Source: Candidatus Yanofskybacteria bacterium
Lineage (GTDB): Bacteria > Patescibacteriota > Minisyncoccia > 2-02-FULL-40-12 > GWA2-44-9
Reading direction: 5' to 3'
Assembly (NCBI GenBank): GCA_003151795.1
Contig: PLYL01000006.1
Span: 1-54,300, forward strand
Length of the DNA stretch: 54,300 bases
Shown here in pieces: positions 16,595-25,286 of the stretch. The notes under the pieces were generated by a model. That model did no database searches, was not told where the DNA came from, and saw only the letters and a program-made list of their open reading frames with translations. How positions within the stretch are numbered: position 1 is the stretch's first letter; every line of letters starts with the position of its first letter. A program made the translations under genes and the position numbers.

Positions 16595-17173
16595 CTATTT
16601 CTTGCCCAAAATCTTCAGCGCCTCCCGCACCCGCTCCTGTAAGGTTTCAGCTTTGGTGTCTTTGAGAGCTTCTTTGGCTTGAGTGGCGTTGTAGCCGAGC
16701 ACGAGCAAAGCTTCGGTGGCTTGTCCGTCTTGGCCGAGGTCGATGCCGGTAGTGTCGCCTTCGAGGTGATCAATTTTGCCTTTTAATTCCAGAATTAAAC
16801 GTTGAGCGACTTTGGGTCCGATTTTTGAAACTCGTTTCAAATAATCGGCGTCTTGATTGATGACCGCCGCTTTCAAATGCGACGGTTCCACCGAAGATAA
16901 GATATTTTGGGCGCCCTTTGGTCCGATGCCGGACACGGTGGTAAGCAGATGAAACAGGTCCAAATCTTCTTTTTTATCAAAGCCGTACATATCAAAAGTG
17001 CCCTCGCGCATGTTCATTTGAGAGTGAATGTGGAGTTTGACTTTGCCCTCGCTTTTTGCTACAGTAGTCAGTACTCTGGGGGATAGTATCACCTTATACC
17101 CTATACCCCCCGTGTTCAAAACGACGTATTTGTCGCCTTGATGTTCAATAGTTCCTTCGAGAAAGCTAATCAT
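16595..17173 (-). CDS. ruvA: Holliday junction branch migration protein RuvA
   Basis: 192 aa with an OB-fold N-terminus, HhH motifs (SGIGPKGAQ, SKIGPKVAQ) and a C-terminal domain III. Confidence 0.9.
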   Translation of the reverse strand: MISFLEGTIEHQGDKYVVLNTGGIGYKVILSPRVLTTVAKSEGKVKLHIHSQMNMREGTFDMYGFDKKEDLDLFHLLTTVSGIGPKGAQNILSSVEPSHLKAAVINQDADYLKRVSKIGPKVAQRLILELKGKIDHLEGDTTGIDLGQDGQATEALLVLGYNATQAKEALKDTKAETLQERVREALKILGKK

Positions 17174-17198
17174 GGGTAAAGAATAACAACTCGTTCAT

Positions 17199-17231
17199 AA
17201 AAAAGAAAGGAGCCGACGTAATGCCGGCCCC
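17199..17231 (-). terminator. intrinsic terminator of the small ORF 17250-17465
   Basis: In - sense: GGGGCCGGC, a 5-nt loop, GUCGGCUCC (two G.U pairs), then UUUCUUUUUU. Confidence 0.6.
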
Positions 17232-17249
17232 AGAGACTGAGCGATTGAG

Positions 17250-17465
17250 CTACTCGTTTAACTTGATGATGTCGATGATTACCTGTTGAGCTGCGAAGTC
17301 AGCTCCTGCATCAATGCAGGTAAGAGCTGCGAAGACCCCGACGGCTCCCCAGGAATCACCGAAGTGATAACCTGTAGCCACCGCCACCAAGAGGCCCACC
17401 AGCCAAACGACTGCGCAACGGCTTTTCTGTGATTCTGCCACCAATCGCTTGTCATGTTTCGTCAT
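17250..17465 (-). CDS. small hydrophobic protein (two TM helices)
   Basis: MTKHDKRLVAESQKSRCAVVWLVGLLVAVATGYHF... The ATG at 17465 has GGGGG 10 nt upstream, and the gene has its own terminator. Confidence 0.4.
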   Translation of the reverse strand: MTKHDKRLVAESQKSRCAVVWLVGLLVAVATGYHFGDSWGAVGVFAALTCIDAGADFAAQQVIIDIIKLNE

Positions 17466-17518
17466 TTGTCCCAACCCCCATTGTTTTTATGATAGCACAT
17501 AAATAGCATAAAAGTCAA

Positions 17519-19516
17519 ATGTTCAAACTTGTATCAAAATTCGAACCAACGGGCGACCAGCCGGAAGCAATCAAGAAACTCGCCAAGGGTTTAAAGACCG
17601 GCCAGAAGCGCCAGGTGCTTTTGGGTGTGACCGGTTCGGGCAAGACCTTTACGATGGCGAAAGTCATCGAGCAATACAAAAAGCCGACCTTAATTATTTC
17701 TCACAACAAGACCCTGGCCGCCCAGCTCTATAAAGAATTCAAAGAATTTTTCCCCAATAACGCCGTGCATTATTTCGTCAGCTATTATGACTACTATCAG
17801 CCCGAGGCGTATATCCCCCACAGCGACACTTATATAGAAAAGGATTCTAAAATCAACGAAGAGCTCGATCGCTTGCGCCACGCCACCACCCAAGCTCTCA
17901 TGAGCCACGACGACATCATCGTGGTCGCTTCGGTTTCTTGTATCTATAACTTGGGTAATCCCGATGAGTACAAAGATTTAGGTCTGGAATTATTCGAAGG
18001 TAAGAAAATAAAGCCATCGGACTTTATCCGCGGTCTGATGCGGTTGCAATATATCCAAGACATCGAATTAAAGCGGGGCGCGTTCCGCAAAACCCCGACC
18101 GAAATTGAAATCGTCTCGCCGGCGGGGCAAGAAGTGACTAAGGTCGTGTTCAAGAACGATACCATCGTCCGCATGTATCGCGCCCTGCTCGCTGACCCCG
18201 AAGAATTAGAAACCAAATATTTAAACTACGAAAAAATCGTCCATACGATTATCTTCCCCGCCAAGTATTGGATTACGACCGACAACAAAGTCGGCTTGGC
18301 CATCGAGAATATCAAAAGTGAACTCCAACAGCACGTGAAGTATTTGAAAAAGATTGGCAAGAATCAGGAAGCCTCGCGCTTGCAAGAGAAAACTATGCGC
18401 GATATCGAAATGATGCGCCAGACCGGTTACTGCCACGGCATTGAGAATTATTCCCGCCATTTGGATTTCCGCAAGCCCGGCGAACCGGCCTTCTCGCTTT
18501 TAGACTTCTTTAAATCAAAAGGTGAATTTTTAACTATCATCGACGAGTCCCACATTACCCTGCCCCAGCTCCGCAGTATGTACAAAGGCGACCACTCGCG
18601 CAAACAGACCCTCATCGACTACGGATTTCGTCTGCCTTCGGCCATTGATAACCGGCCGCTTAAATTTGATGAATTTGAAAAACGAGTGCAAAAAGTCGTC
18701 TATGTCTCGGCCACGCCGTCCAAATTTGAAATGGACGAAGCCGGCCCGGACAATATCGCCGAACAGCTCATCCGTCCGACCGGTTTGCTCGATCCGACCG
18801 TAGAAATTGTGCCCACCAAGAACCAAGTCGAACATCTCATCGGCCGAATTAAAGAACGTATCGCCAAGAACGAACGCGTCATCGTTACGACCCTCACCAA
18901 GCGCATGGCCGAAGATTTGTCCGAGCACTTGGCCCGCAACGGCATCAAAGTCAATTATCTCCACTCGGAAATTAAAACTCTCGACCGCGTTAAGATTATC
19001 AAAGACCTGCGCTCGGGTATCCACAATGTTATCGTCGGCGTGAACTTGCTCCGCGAGGGCTTGGATCTTCCGGAAGTGTCCCTCATCGCTATCCTCGACG
19101 CCGATAAAGAAGGCTTTCTCCGCAACGCCACGACTTTGATCCAGACCATGGGCCGGGCCGCCCGCCATAAAGACGGCCATGTCATCATGTATGCCGACAA
19201 AGTCACGAAATCCATGGAAGCGTCCATCGGCGAGACCCAGCGCCGGCGCGTCAAACAGACCGCTCACAATTTAAAACACGGCATCACGCCCATCAGCATC
19301 GCTCGTTCCACCGGCGGCTTTGAAATGGCCACGGGCAAGAAACCCGAACAACACTACGGCGAAGGCGACAGCGAGATTATTTATTACGGCAACGGCACCA
19401 AACAAAAAGCCATCAAACAGCTCCAGCGCATGCTCGACACGGCCATCCGCAAATTCAACTACGAACAAGCCATCGGTATCAAAGAACAAATTAGGAAATT
19501 AAGAGATAGCTTATAA
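17519..19516 (+). CDS. uvrB: excinuclease ABC subunit B
   Basis: 665 aa with GVTGSGKTF, helicase motifs and a C-terminal UVR domain. Confidence 0.95.
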   Translation: MFKLVSKFEPTGDQPEAIKKLAKGLKTGQKRQVLLGVTGSGKTFTMAKVIEQYKKPTLIISHNKTLAAQLYKEFKEFFPNNAVHYFVSYYDYYQPEAYIPHSDTYIEKDSKINEELDRLRHATTQALMSHDDIIVVASVSCIYNLGNPDEYKDLGLELFEGKKIKPSDFIRGLMRLQYIQDIELKRGAFRKTPTEIEIVSPAGQEVTKVVFKNDTIVRMYRALLADPEELETKYLNYEKIVHTIIFPAKYWITTDNKVGLAIENIKSELQQHVKYLKKIGKNQEASRLQEKTMRDIEMMRQTGYCHGIENYSRHLDFRKPGEPAFSLLDFFKSKGEFLTIIDESHITLPQLRSMYKGDHSRKQTLIDYGFRLPSAIDNRPLKFDEFEKRVQKVVYVSATPSKFEMDEAGPDNIAEQLIRPTGLLDPTVEIVPTKNQVEHLIGRIKERIAKNERVIVTTLTKRMAEDLSEHLARNGIKVNYLHSEIKTLDRVKIIKDLRSGIHNVIVGVNLLREGLDLPEVSLIAILDADKEGFLRNATTLIQTMGRAARHKDGHVIMYADKVTKSMEASIGETQRRRVKQTAHNLKHGITPISIARSTGGFEMATGKKPEQHYGEGDSEIIYYGNGTKQKAIKQLQRMLDTAIRKFNYEQAIGIKEQIRKLRDSL

Positions 19517-19562
19517 AAACAAAGTGCCCGCGGGCGGCACAGTGTTTGCTCGCCAACGGGCA

Positions 19563-19874
19563 TTACATGATTTGAGGTTGACCGGTTCTCATTGCTTTGG
19601 CAGCGAGTGATTCCCCGAGACCCACTGCTTCTTTACCGTCCCAGACCGCACATCCTTCCGCGCCGGTCTCACAGAAAGCATTCATCTTCTTGAGAGAAAA
19701 GTGATACCCTGCATGTACCAGCTTCTCTTTCGGGTCTCCTTCGACGAATCCAACGGCCACGAAATCACCGGGGACGATTGGCTCCTCGCAGACAAAGCAC
19801 GGCGTCACTTTGCCTTCCTGAATGGCTTTCCTTGCCATTCGCTTCCAGAAAAAATACGCGATGAACTTCGGCAT
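19563..19874 (-). CDS. small Cys-rich hypothetical protein
   Basis: 103 aa starting at ATG 19874, with an AGGGAGG SD 4 nt upstream. Contains CFVC and C...C pairs. GC-rich. Confidence 0.5.
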   Translation of the reverse strand: MPKFIAYFFWKRMARKAIQEGKVTPCFVCEEPIVPGDFVAVGFVEGDPKEKLVHAGYHFSLKKMNAFCETGAEGCAVWDGKEAVGLGESLAAKAMRTGQPQIM

Positions 19875-19915
19875 TGATCCTCCCTTAACGAGTTTATACA
19901 CCACTTATCGATTGC

Positions 19916-19944
19916 TTGCAAATAAATTAAACTTACTGTATTAT
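19916..19944 (+). promoter_or_regulatory. sigma70-like promoter of rpsT
   Basis: TTGCAA, 17-nt spacer, TATTAT. The ATG lies 12 nt after the -10 box and there is no SD. Confidence 0.6.
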
Positions 19945-19956
19945 ATAGAAACAAAT

Positions 19957-20220
19957 ATGCCAATAACCAAATCAGCCAAAAAGGCCCTGCGACAAAGCAA
20001 ATCCCGACGAGTCGGGAATTTGAAGCGGATTAACGGCTACAAGAACGCCGTCAAACAGTTCAACAAGCTCGTTGTTGCTGGTTCTGTGAAGGAAGCCGAA
20101 GCCATGCTCGATAAGGTCTACCAATCCCTCGACAAGGCCACCAAAGCCGGCGTCATCAAAGCCAACAAAGCCTCCCGCCTCAAATCCCACGCCATTCTCT
20201 CTCTTTCGAAGAAGGCGTAA
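19957..20220 (+). CDS. rpsT: 30S ribosomal protein S20
   Basis: MPITKSAKKALRQSKSRR... is typical of bS20. Start at ATG 19957 (M46 of the track ORF). Confidence 0.9.
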   Translation: MPITKSAKKALRQSKSRRVGNLKRINGYKNAVKQFNKLVVAGSVKEAEAMLDKVYQSLDKATKAGVIKANKASRLKSHAILSLSKKA

Positions 20221-20240
20221 AGTTTATCCAAGTTTTCAAA

Positions 20241-20311
20241 TTCTCAAAAACGCGCCTAGAAGCGTTTTTGAGAATGGTTTAAAAAACTACCATATGGTAG
20301 TTTTTTAAACC
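20241..20311. terminator. two tandem bidirectional hairpins between convergent rpsT and ftsW
   Basis: TTCTCAAAAACGC/GCGTTTTTGAGAA (20241-20274), followed by a perfect 36-nt palindrome GGTTTAAAAAACTACCAT/ATGGTAGTTTTTTAAACC (20276-20311). Confidence 0.7.
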
Positions 20312-20320
20312 ATTCTGTTT

Positions 20321-21394
20321 TTAATCCTTGGCGACATTAAAGACAATCCCCAATCCCGCGAGCAGAGCAATCATGGCCGTCCCGCCGTAGCTGATAAATG
20401 GCAGAGGGATGCCGGTCAACGGGGCGAGGCCGGAGATGGCGGCGATATTAATGAAGGCTTGGGCCATAATCCAAATATTGATACCGCTGACAAATAAACG
20501 CCCAAATGGATCAGTCGTGGCCATGGCAATTTGGGTGAGAGTAAAACATAGGGCAATAAATAGGCCGATGGTAAATAACGCGCCAACCAAACCCAGCTCT
20601 TCGCCGATGATGGCGAAAATTGAATCCCCGACCGGCTCGGGCAAAAAACCGAACTTTTGGGTGCTATGGCCAAAGCCAACTCCAAACAAGCCCCCCGAAC
20701 CAATGCCAATCATCGCCTGATTCACCTGATACGAAATCCCCCGCGGGTCGTTTTGGGGATTAAGATAAGAGCGAATCCGATCAAACCGATACGGCTGAAG
20801 AATTACCAAGAGACCGAGCACGGCCACGCCTAGGCCAAGAATCACGGCCAGATGTTTCAAATTTACGCCGGCCACGAAATACATCCCCAGCGCGATGAAG
20901 CCGACGACGATGAGCGTCCCAATGTCCGGCTGAAGAGCGAGTAACAAAGCGGCGAATCCAAGGACAATAAAAAATGGCGCCGCGCCATAGAGCCAATGGC
21001 TCGTCCGTTCATGCCGCCCGCCAAACCAGGCCGCGAGATAAATCACCAGCGAGAGTTTGAGTATTTCCGCCGGCTGAAAAATAATTCCGCCGATGCTTAG
21101 CCACCGCGTCGCGCCTTTAGTCCCGAAACCGAAATGGGACACAAACACCAGCGTCATTAAACCCAGCGCCCCCAAAAGAATAAATAACGAAAGCTTCCGC
21201 CAAAGTTTATAGTCAATCCTCGAAAGCACGTACGCCAGAAAAACCCCCGGCCCGATGCCGTAGAGCAATTGGTGAAAGAAATAATAATAGGCCGACCCGA
21301 ATTTCTTCTGCGCGTCCACAATCCCCGCCGAAGACAGCACGGCCAAGCCGAAAATTATCAATACCGCTAGAATCCAAAAAAGCCTTTTCCGCAT
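20321..21394 (-). CDS. ftsW: SEDS-family peptidoglycan polymerase FtsW/RodA
   Basis: 357 aa, about 10 TM helices, with SEDS-like conserved loops. It lies next to mraY. Confidence 0.8.
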   Translation of the reverse strand: MRKRLFWILAVLIIFGLAVLSSAGIVDAQKKFGSAYYYFFHQLLYGIGPGVFLAYVLSRIDYKLWRKLSLFILLGALGLMTLVFVSHFGFGTKGATRWLSIGGIIFQPAEILKLSLVIYLAAWFGGRHERTSHWLYGAAPFFIVLGFAALLLALQPDIGTLIVVGFIALGMYFVAGVNLKHLAVILGLGVAVLGLLVILQPYRFDRIRSYLNPQNDPRGISYQVNQAMIGIGSGGLFGVGFGHSTQKFGFLPEPVGDSIFAIIGEELGLVGALFTIGLFIALCFTLTQIAMATTDPFGRLFVSGINIWIMAQAFINIAAISGLAPLTGIPLPFISYGGTAMIALLAGLGIVFNVAKD

Positions 21395-21413
21395 GCCAAT
21401 ATTGTAGCACTTT

Positions 21414-22478
21414 TTATTTAAATGGCGGGAGTTTGCTGTCGATGAGGAAGAGGACCAGGCCGATAATGGCGCCGATGGCGTTGATCATCCAGAAACGCAT
21501 GGTGATTTGGGTTTCGGGCCAGCCCATGGCTTCGAAGGTGTGGTGAATCGGCGTCGAAGGAAATATTTTCTTCTTCCGGATTTTTTTTGAAATAGTTTGG
21601 AGAATGACCGAGCCGGACTCCATCAAAGGAATAATGGCGATAATCGGCAAGAGCAATTCAGTATTCGTGAGCAACGCCACGACCCCGACCGTAAAACCCA
21701 GGGCCATCACACCGGTATCGCCCATGAAAAACTTGGCGGGATAAATATTGAACCACAGGAATCCAATCAGCGCGCCCATAATCGCAACGAGAAAAATCGT
21801 GAGATCAAAACGGCCCTGGTCAAACGCAATCGCGGCCAGCGCGCCAAAGATAGTGAGAAACACTCCGCCCGATAAACCATCGAGGCCGTCGGTTTCATTC
21901 ATTGAGAATGCTGTGGCAACCATAATAAAAATAAAATAAGGGATGTACCACCAACCAATCGTATATTCTCCCAGAAACGGCACCGTAATCGTCCGAATGT
22001 CGAGCTTAAAATAAAACCACCACGCGCCGATAGCCGCCACGCCAATAAAAAATAACAGGCGCTTGCTCAATTTTAGACCTCCGCGCTTTAAAACACCCAC
22101 CATGTCATCAGCCATGCCGACCAAGCCCGCGAGAATTAAAAAGCCCAATGGGAGCAAGGTCTGGCTTCGGGAAAGAAAATTAATCCGACCCCAGATACCG
22201 CCAAATAAAGTGGCGAGTAACCAGCACCCGAGAGTGATTATCGAAACGGTCAGCCAAATCGGCAAACCGCCCATCGTCGGGGTGCCTTCTTTTTTGCGAT
22301 GGAGACTATTAAAGATGGGTGTATCCGAGCGCTCAATGGCCTTGCCCGGTTTAAAGCGAGTGAACAAAACCTTAGTCCAGAAGTGGGTGATGATGAGATT
22401 TAAAAAGAAGGCCGTCGTGGCAATCACAAACAGCCGGACGACGTTAAATATATTGAGGCTTTCGAGAGGAATCGTCAT
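21414..22478 (-). CDS. mraY: phospho-N-acetylmuramoyl-pentapeptide transferase
   Basis: MGDTGVMALG, NETDGLDGL and other MraY motifs. Start at ATG 22478. Confidence 0.9.
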   Translation of the reverse strand: MTIPLESLNIFNVVRLFVIATTAFFLNLIITHFWTKVLFTRFKPGKAIERSDTPIFNSLHRKKEGTPTMGGLPIWLTVSIITLGCWLLATLFGGIWGRINFLSRSQTLLPLGFLILAGLVGMADDMVGVLKRGGLKLSKRLLFFIGVAAIGAWWFYFKLDIRTITVPFLGEYTIGWWYIPYFIFIMVATAFSMNETDGLDGLSGGVFLTIFGALAAIAFDQGRFDLTIFLVAIMGALIGFLWFNIYPAKFFMGDTGVMALGFTVGVVALLTNTELLLPIIAIIPLMESGSVILQTISKKIRKKKIFPSTPIHHTFEAMGWPETQITMRFWMINAIGAIIGLVLFLIDSKLPPFK

Positions 22479-22615
22479 CCCGCACATAACAAGCACCGAC
22501 TGCTTTAGCAATACGATTGTTCGTATTAACCAAGCTTATCAGTACTGTATGATTAATTATTATTAAATATGCATAGTCCCGCAGTAGTATTGCCAGTGCT
22601 TGTTATGTGCGGGAT
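22477..22615 (-). repeat. type-1 palindromic intergenic element, copy 2 (139 nt)
   Basis: Arms 22477-22496 and 22596-22615 are perfectly complementary (20/20). The element spans exactly from the stop TAA (22617-22615) to the mraY ATG (22478-22476). Confidence 0.9.
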
Positions 22616-23541
22616 TATTGCCAGCGATAGGCCTGCTTGGCCCAAGAAATTAAGTTTTTCATGTCGCCGAAGCGGTCGTGGGAACCAAGAATAATGGCGA
22701 TGATGCGATCGCTTTGATTCGGCGCGTCTACAATCAGAATCATACACCCGAGAGCGCTGTCTGTATACCCGGTTTTTCCACCGACAATATCCGAAAGGAC
22801 GCCTAAAAGCTGATCCGTGCTCTTGATTTCGTGGGAGATTTTACCGTCCGCCGAGACAATCGTCGCGCTGGATTGGCGGGAAAAACTCCAGAGGGCATCG
22901 TAGCGCAAGGCGTAAGCCACACCCTTTACCAGGTCGCTCGCTGTCGAGTAGCCCAGGTCGTTCAGCCCGGCCGGATCGACAAAGTGGGTGTCGTGCATCC
23001 CCAACGCGGTCGCCTTAGCGTTCATCTCCGCCACCAAGTCAATACTATGGCTCGCGGCATAGTCGCGCAGGGCGTAAGCGGCGTCGTTGGACGACTCGAT
23101 GAACATCATCTGCATTAAATCATGCACTGAAAGCGTTTCGCCGGCGTAGAGGTCTTTGCGCTGGCCGTCGACCTCGACTGCCGAAGACTGAACCGTGACG
23201 ATATCGTTGGGACTGAATTTTTCCCAGACCACGACCGCGTTCATGACTTTGGTCAGCGAAGCGATGGATAATTTATCTTTGATATTTTTCTCAAAAAGAT
23301 TGCGGTCGGATTTCACGTCATAGAGGATCGCGGACTTCGCGTCCAAAGGAACTTCATTCGCCGAGGTATCGAGAATGGGCAAATAACTGATGGGCTGGGA
23401 CGGAAAAATAAAAGCCTGATTGTCGTGAAATACCGCGCTCGGCCCATCCAGCGGCGTGCGATAAATCGTAATAAAAAAATAGGCGTTCGCTAACACCAAG
23501 ATTGCGACGACTATTGTCAGGCCGGCCAACTTTCGATCCAT
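22615..23541 (-). CDS. D-alanyl-D-alanine carboxypeptidase (S11, PBP5-like)
   Basis: SIASLTKVM (SxxK), SSN (SxN) and KTGYT (KTG) motifs. There is an N-terminal TM anchor. Confidence 0.8.
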   Translation of the reverse strand: MDRKLAGLTIVVAILVLANAYFFITIYRTPLDGPSAVFHDNQAFIFPSQPISYLPILDTSANEVPLDAKSAILYDVKSDRNLFEKNIKDKLSIASLTKVMNAVVVWEKFSPNDIVTVQSSAVEVDGQRKDLYAGETLSVHDLMQMMFIESSNDAAYALRDYAASHSIDLVAEMNAKATALGMHDTHFVDPAGLNDLGYSTASDLVKGVAYALRYDALWSFSRQSSATIVSADGKISHEIKSTDQLLGVLSDIVGGKTGYTDSALGCMILIVDAPNQSDRIIAIILGSHDRFGDMKNLISWAKQAYRWQ

Positions 23542-23553
23542 GCTTAATTAAAA

Positions 23554-24870
23554 TTAAGGAGTTAATCTATTAAGGTCGCGAGGGAAGAGTATCGCCTCTT
23601 TGACATTGTTTAAGCCGATAGTTTTTTCTACAAACCGATCGATACCAAAACCGCAACCGCCATGAGCTGGAAGGCCAAATTTAAAAGCCTGCAGATAGTA
23701 TTTATATCCTGGGTGTTCCGGGTCAAGCCCAGCTTTAACCATTTGCTCGACAAGCTTTTTGTAATTATTTTCTCGCTGCGGGCATGTGGCAATCTCAATC
23801 CCGCGAAATAACAAATCCGCCCACATGACCGTCGATGGGTCGGCCGGATTTATTTTATGATAAAATTTCATGGCTTGGACTGGGAATTCGGTCACAAAAA
23901 CCGCCTCGCATCCTTTTTCTTTTTTTGCGTGTTCACAAATCCATTTTTCCTCGTCAGGCACGAGATCTTTTTCATGCTCTGTACTTTTCCCTGTCGCTTT
24001 TGAATACATCTCATGAACCTGCGCCACTGTGAATATTGGAAATTTATTTTTTAAAACTAACTGCGGAGCATTTAGACTTTTTAATTCATCCTTAAACTCT
24101 TCATAAGCGCTAGTGAGGGCGTGATAAGTCATGTCTTGAACCATATCAAGAACATCCTGGTGTCCAGAAATAAAGCCCATCTCAATATCAAGCATGGTCA
24201 CTTCGGACACATGGCGCGTGGTGGCGCTTGTCTCGGCGCGGTAAGCCGGCGCGATTTCAAAAACCCGCTCAAAGACGCCGACCATAATTTGCTTGTAAAA
24301 TTGGGGGCTCTGGGCGAGGACGGCCTCTTTTCCAAAATAATCAACCTTGAATACTTCTGCTCCGCCTTCTGTCGCGCCGGCAAGAATTTTAGGGGTATTT
24401 ATTTCTATAAACTCGTTCTTATTTAGAAAATCTCGAATATAACGCTCTAGTCCCGCCCGTATCTTAAAAATTTTACCTTCTTGGACATTCCGCAATCCTA
24501 TCACTCGATATTCAAAAAGAGTATCGAGATTTTCCGAATCATGGCTTAAGGGCTTGTCAATCTCAATTGGCGGCACTTCTGTCACGGGCATATCAATTGT
24601 AATTTTAGGATTATGAATCTCTACTCCATTAGGGGCTCTTTTCTCTTCAACTACCATCCCCAAAACGGTCAGGACTGTACCCTGGTGCAAGCCTTTTAAT
24701 TTTTCAGTTTCGCTAGATTTATCATCCAATATCTGGGTTAGGCCATGCCGATCTCGTAAAACCAAAAAGGTCATCCCGCCAAGTTCGCGTTTCTTATAAA
24801 GCCAGCCCTCAAGCTTTATTTTCTTGCCTATAAAATCCTTGAGCTGTGATGATAGTATTCTCTCCTGCAT
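23554..24870 (-). CDS. aspS: class IIb aminoacyl-tRNA synthetase, most likely archaeal-type aspartate--tRNA ligase
   Basis: 438 aa with an OB-fold N-terminus, motif 2 (YRAETSATTRH) and motif 3 (GGCGFGIDRFV). I cannot separate Asp from Asn specificity by eye. Confidence 0.7.
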   Translation of the reverse strand: MQERILSSQLKDFIGKKIKLEGWLYKKRELGGMTFLVLRDRHGLTQILDDKSSETEKLKGLHQGTVLTVLGMVVEEKRAPNGVEIHNPKITIDMPVTEVPPIEIDKPLSHDSENLDTLFEYRVIGLRNVQEGKIFKIRAGLERYIRDFLNKNEFIEINTPKILAGATEGGAEVFKVDYFGKEAVLAQSPQFYKQIMVGVFERVFEIAPAYRAETSATTRHVSEVTMLDIEMGFISGHQDVLDMVQDMTYHALTSAYEEFKDELKSLNAPQLVLKNKFPIFTVAQVHEMYSKATGKSTEHEKDLVPDEEKWICEHAKKEKGCEAVFVTEFPVQAMKFYHKINPADPSTVMWADLLFRGIEIATCPQRENNYKKLVEQMVKAGLDPEHPGYKYYLQAFKFGLPAHGGCGFGIDRFVEKTIGLNNVKEAILFPRDLNRLTP

Positions 24871-24936
24871 TTATGCATCTTAACACAAAAATCCGCCCAA
24901 ACAAGACGGATTTTGTGGGTTAATCCTTATCGTCCT

Positions 24937-25107
24937 CTAGGTGCCCTTTTTGTGGCCGGCCTGCTTGTGAAGCTTCATCACTGTGCGGGCGGCGACTTCG
25001 GTGGACCGCTTGCCGTAAATTTTTGATTTTTCCATACTCTTCTTGATGGCCTCGTACTGGCGCTGTTCCTTGGGACCGACTCCGCGTAAGTGTTTTCCTT
25101 TTGGCAT
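24937..25107 (-). CDS. small basic protein (56 aa, below the ORF-track cutoff)
   Basis: MPKGKHLRGVGPKEQRQYEAIKKSMEKSKIYGKRSTEVAARTVMKLHKQAGHKKGT. A terminator hairpin at 24887-24914 follows it. Confidence 0.45.
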   Translation of the reverse strand: MPKGKHLRGVGPKEQRQYEAIKKSMEKSKIYGKRSTEVAARTVMKLHKQAGHKKGT

Positions 25108-25172
25108 GGGATTGAGGTTAAATTTATTGATTTAATTATACTCTTTATTTTTTAAAGTACGCCAGAGAATAA

Positions 25173-25201
25173 TTGATTGGAGGCAATAATCATGGTATAT
25201 T
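25173..25201 (+). promoter_or_regulatory. promoter of tRNA-Lys
   Basis: TTGATT, 17-nt spacer (ending TGG, an extended -10), TATATT. The tRNA starts 12 nt downstream. Confidence 0.55.
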
Positions 25202-25213
25202 ATAGCCTACCAT

Positions 25214-25286
25214 GCGCCCGTAGCTCAGTTGGTAGAGCAGCTCCCTTTTAAGGAGACGGTCATAGGTTCGAATCCTATCGGGCGCA
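25214..25286 (+). tRNA. tRNA-Lys (anticodon UUU)
   Basis: A 73-nt cloverleaf: acceptor GCGCCCG/CGGGCGC, D arm GCTC-AGTTGGTA-GAGC, anticodon loop CTTTTAA, T arm ATAGG-TTCGAAT-CCTAT. CCA is not encoded. Confidence 0.9.

Noticed and set aside
18530-19267. Long antisense or overlapping ORFs appear inside well-supported genes. Examples are 18530-19267 in uvrB, 7877-8341 in lon, 25521-26126 in the HD gene, 41789-42976 in secA and 27033-28259 in the ATPase.
   Set aside because: These are shadow ORFs on the opposite strand or in alternative frames of genes with clear motifs. They have no independent start signals and their composition is biased.
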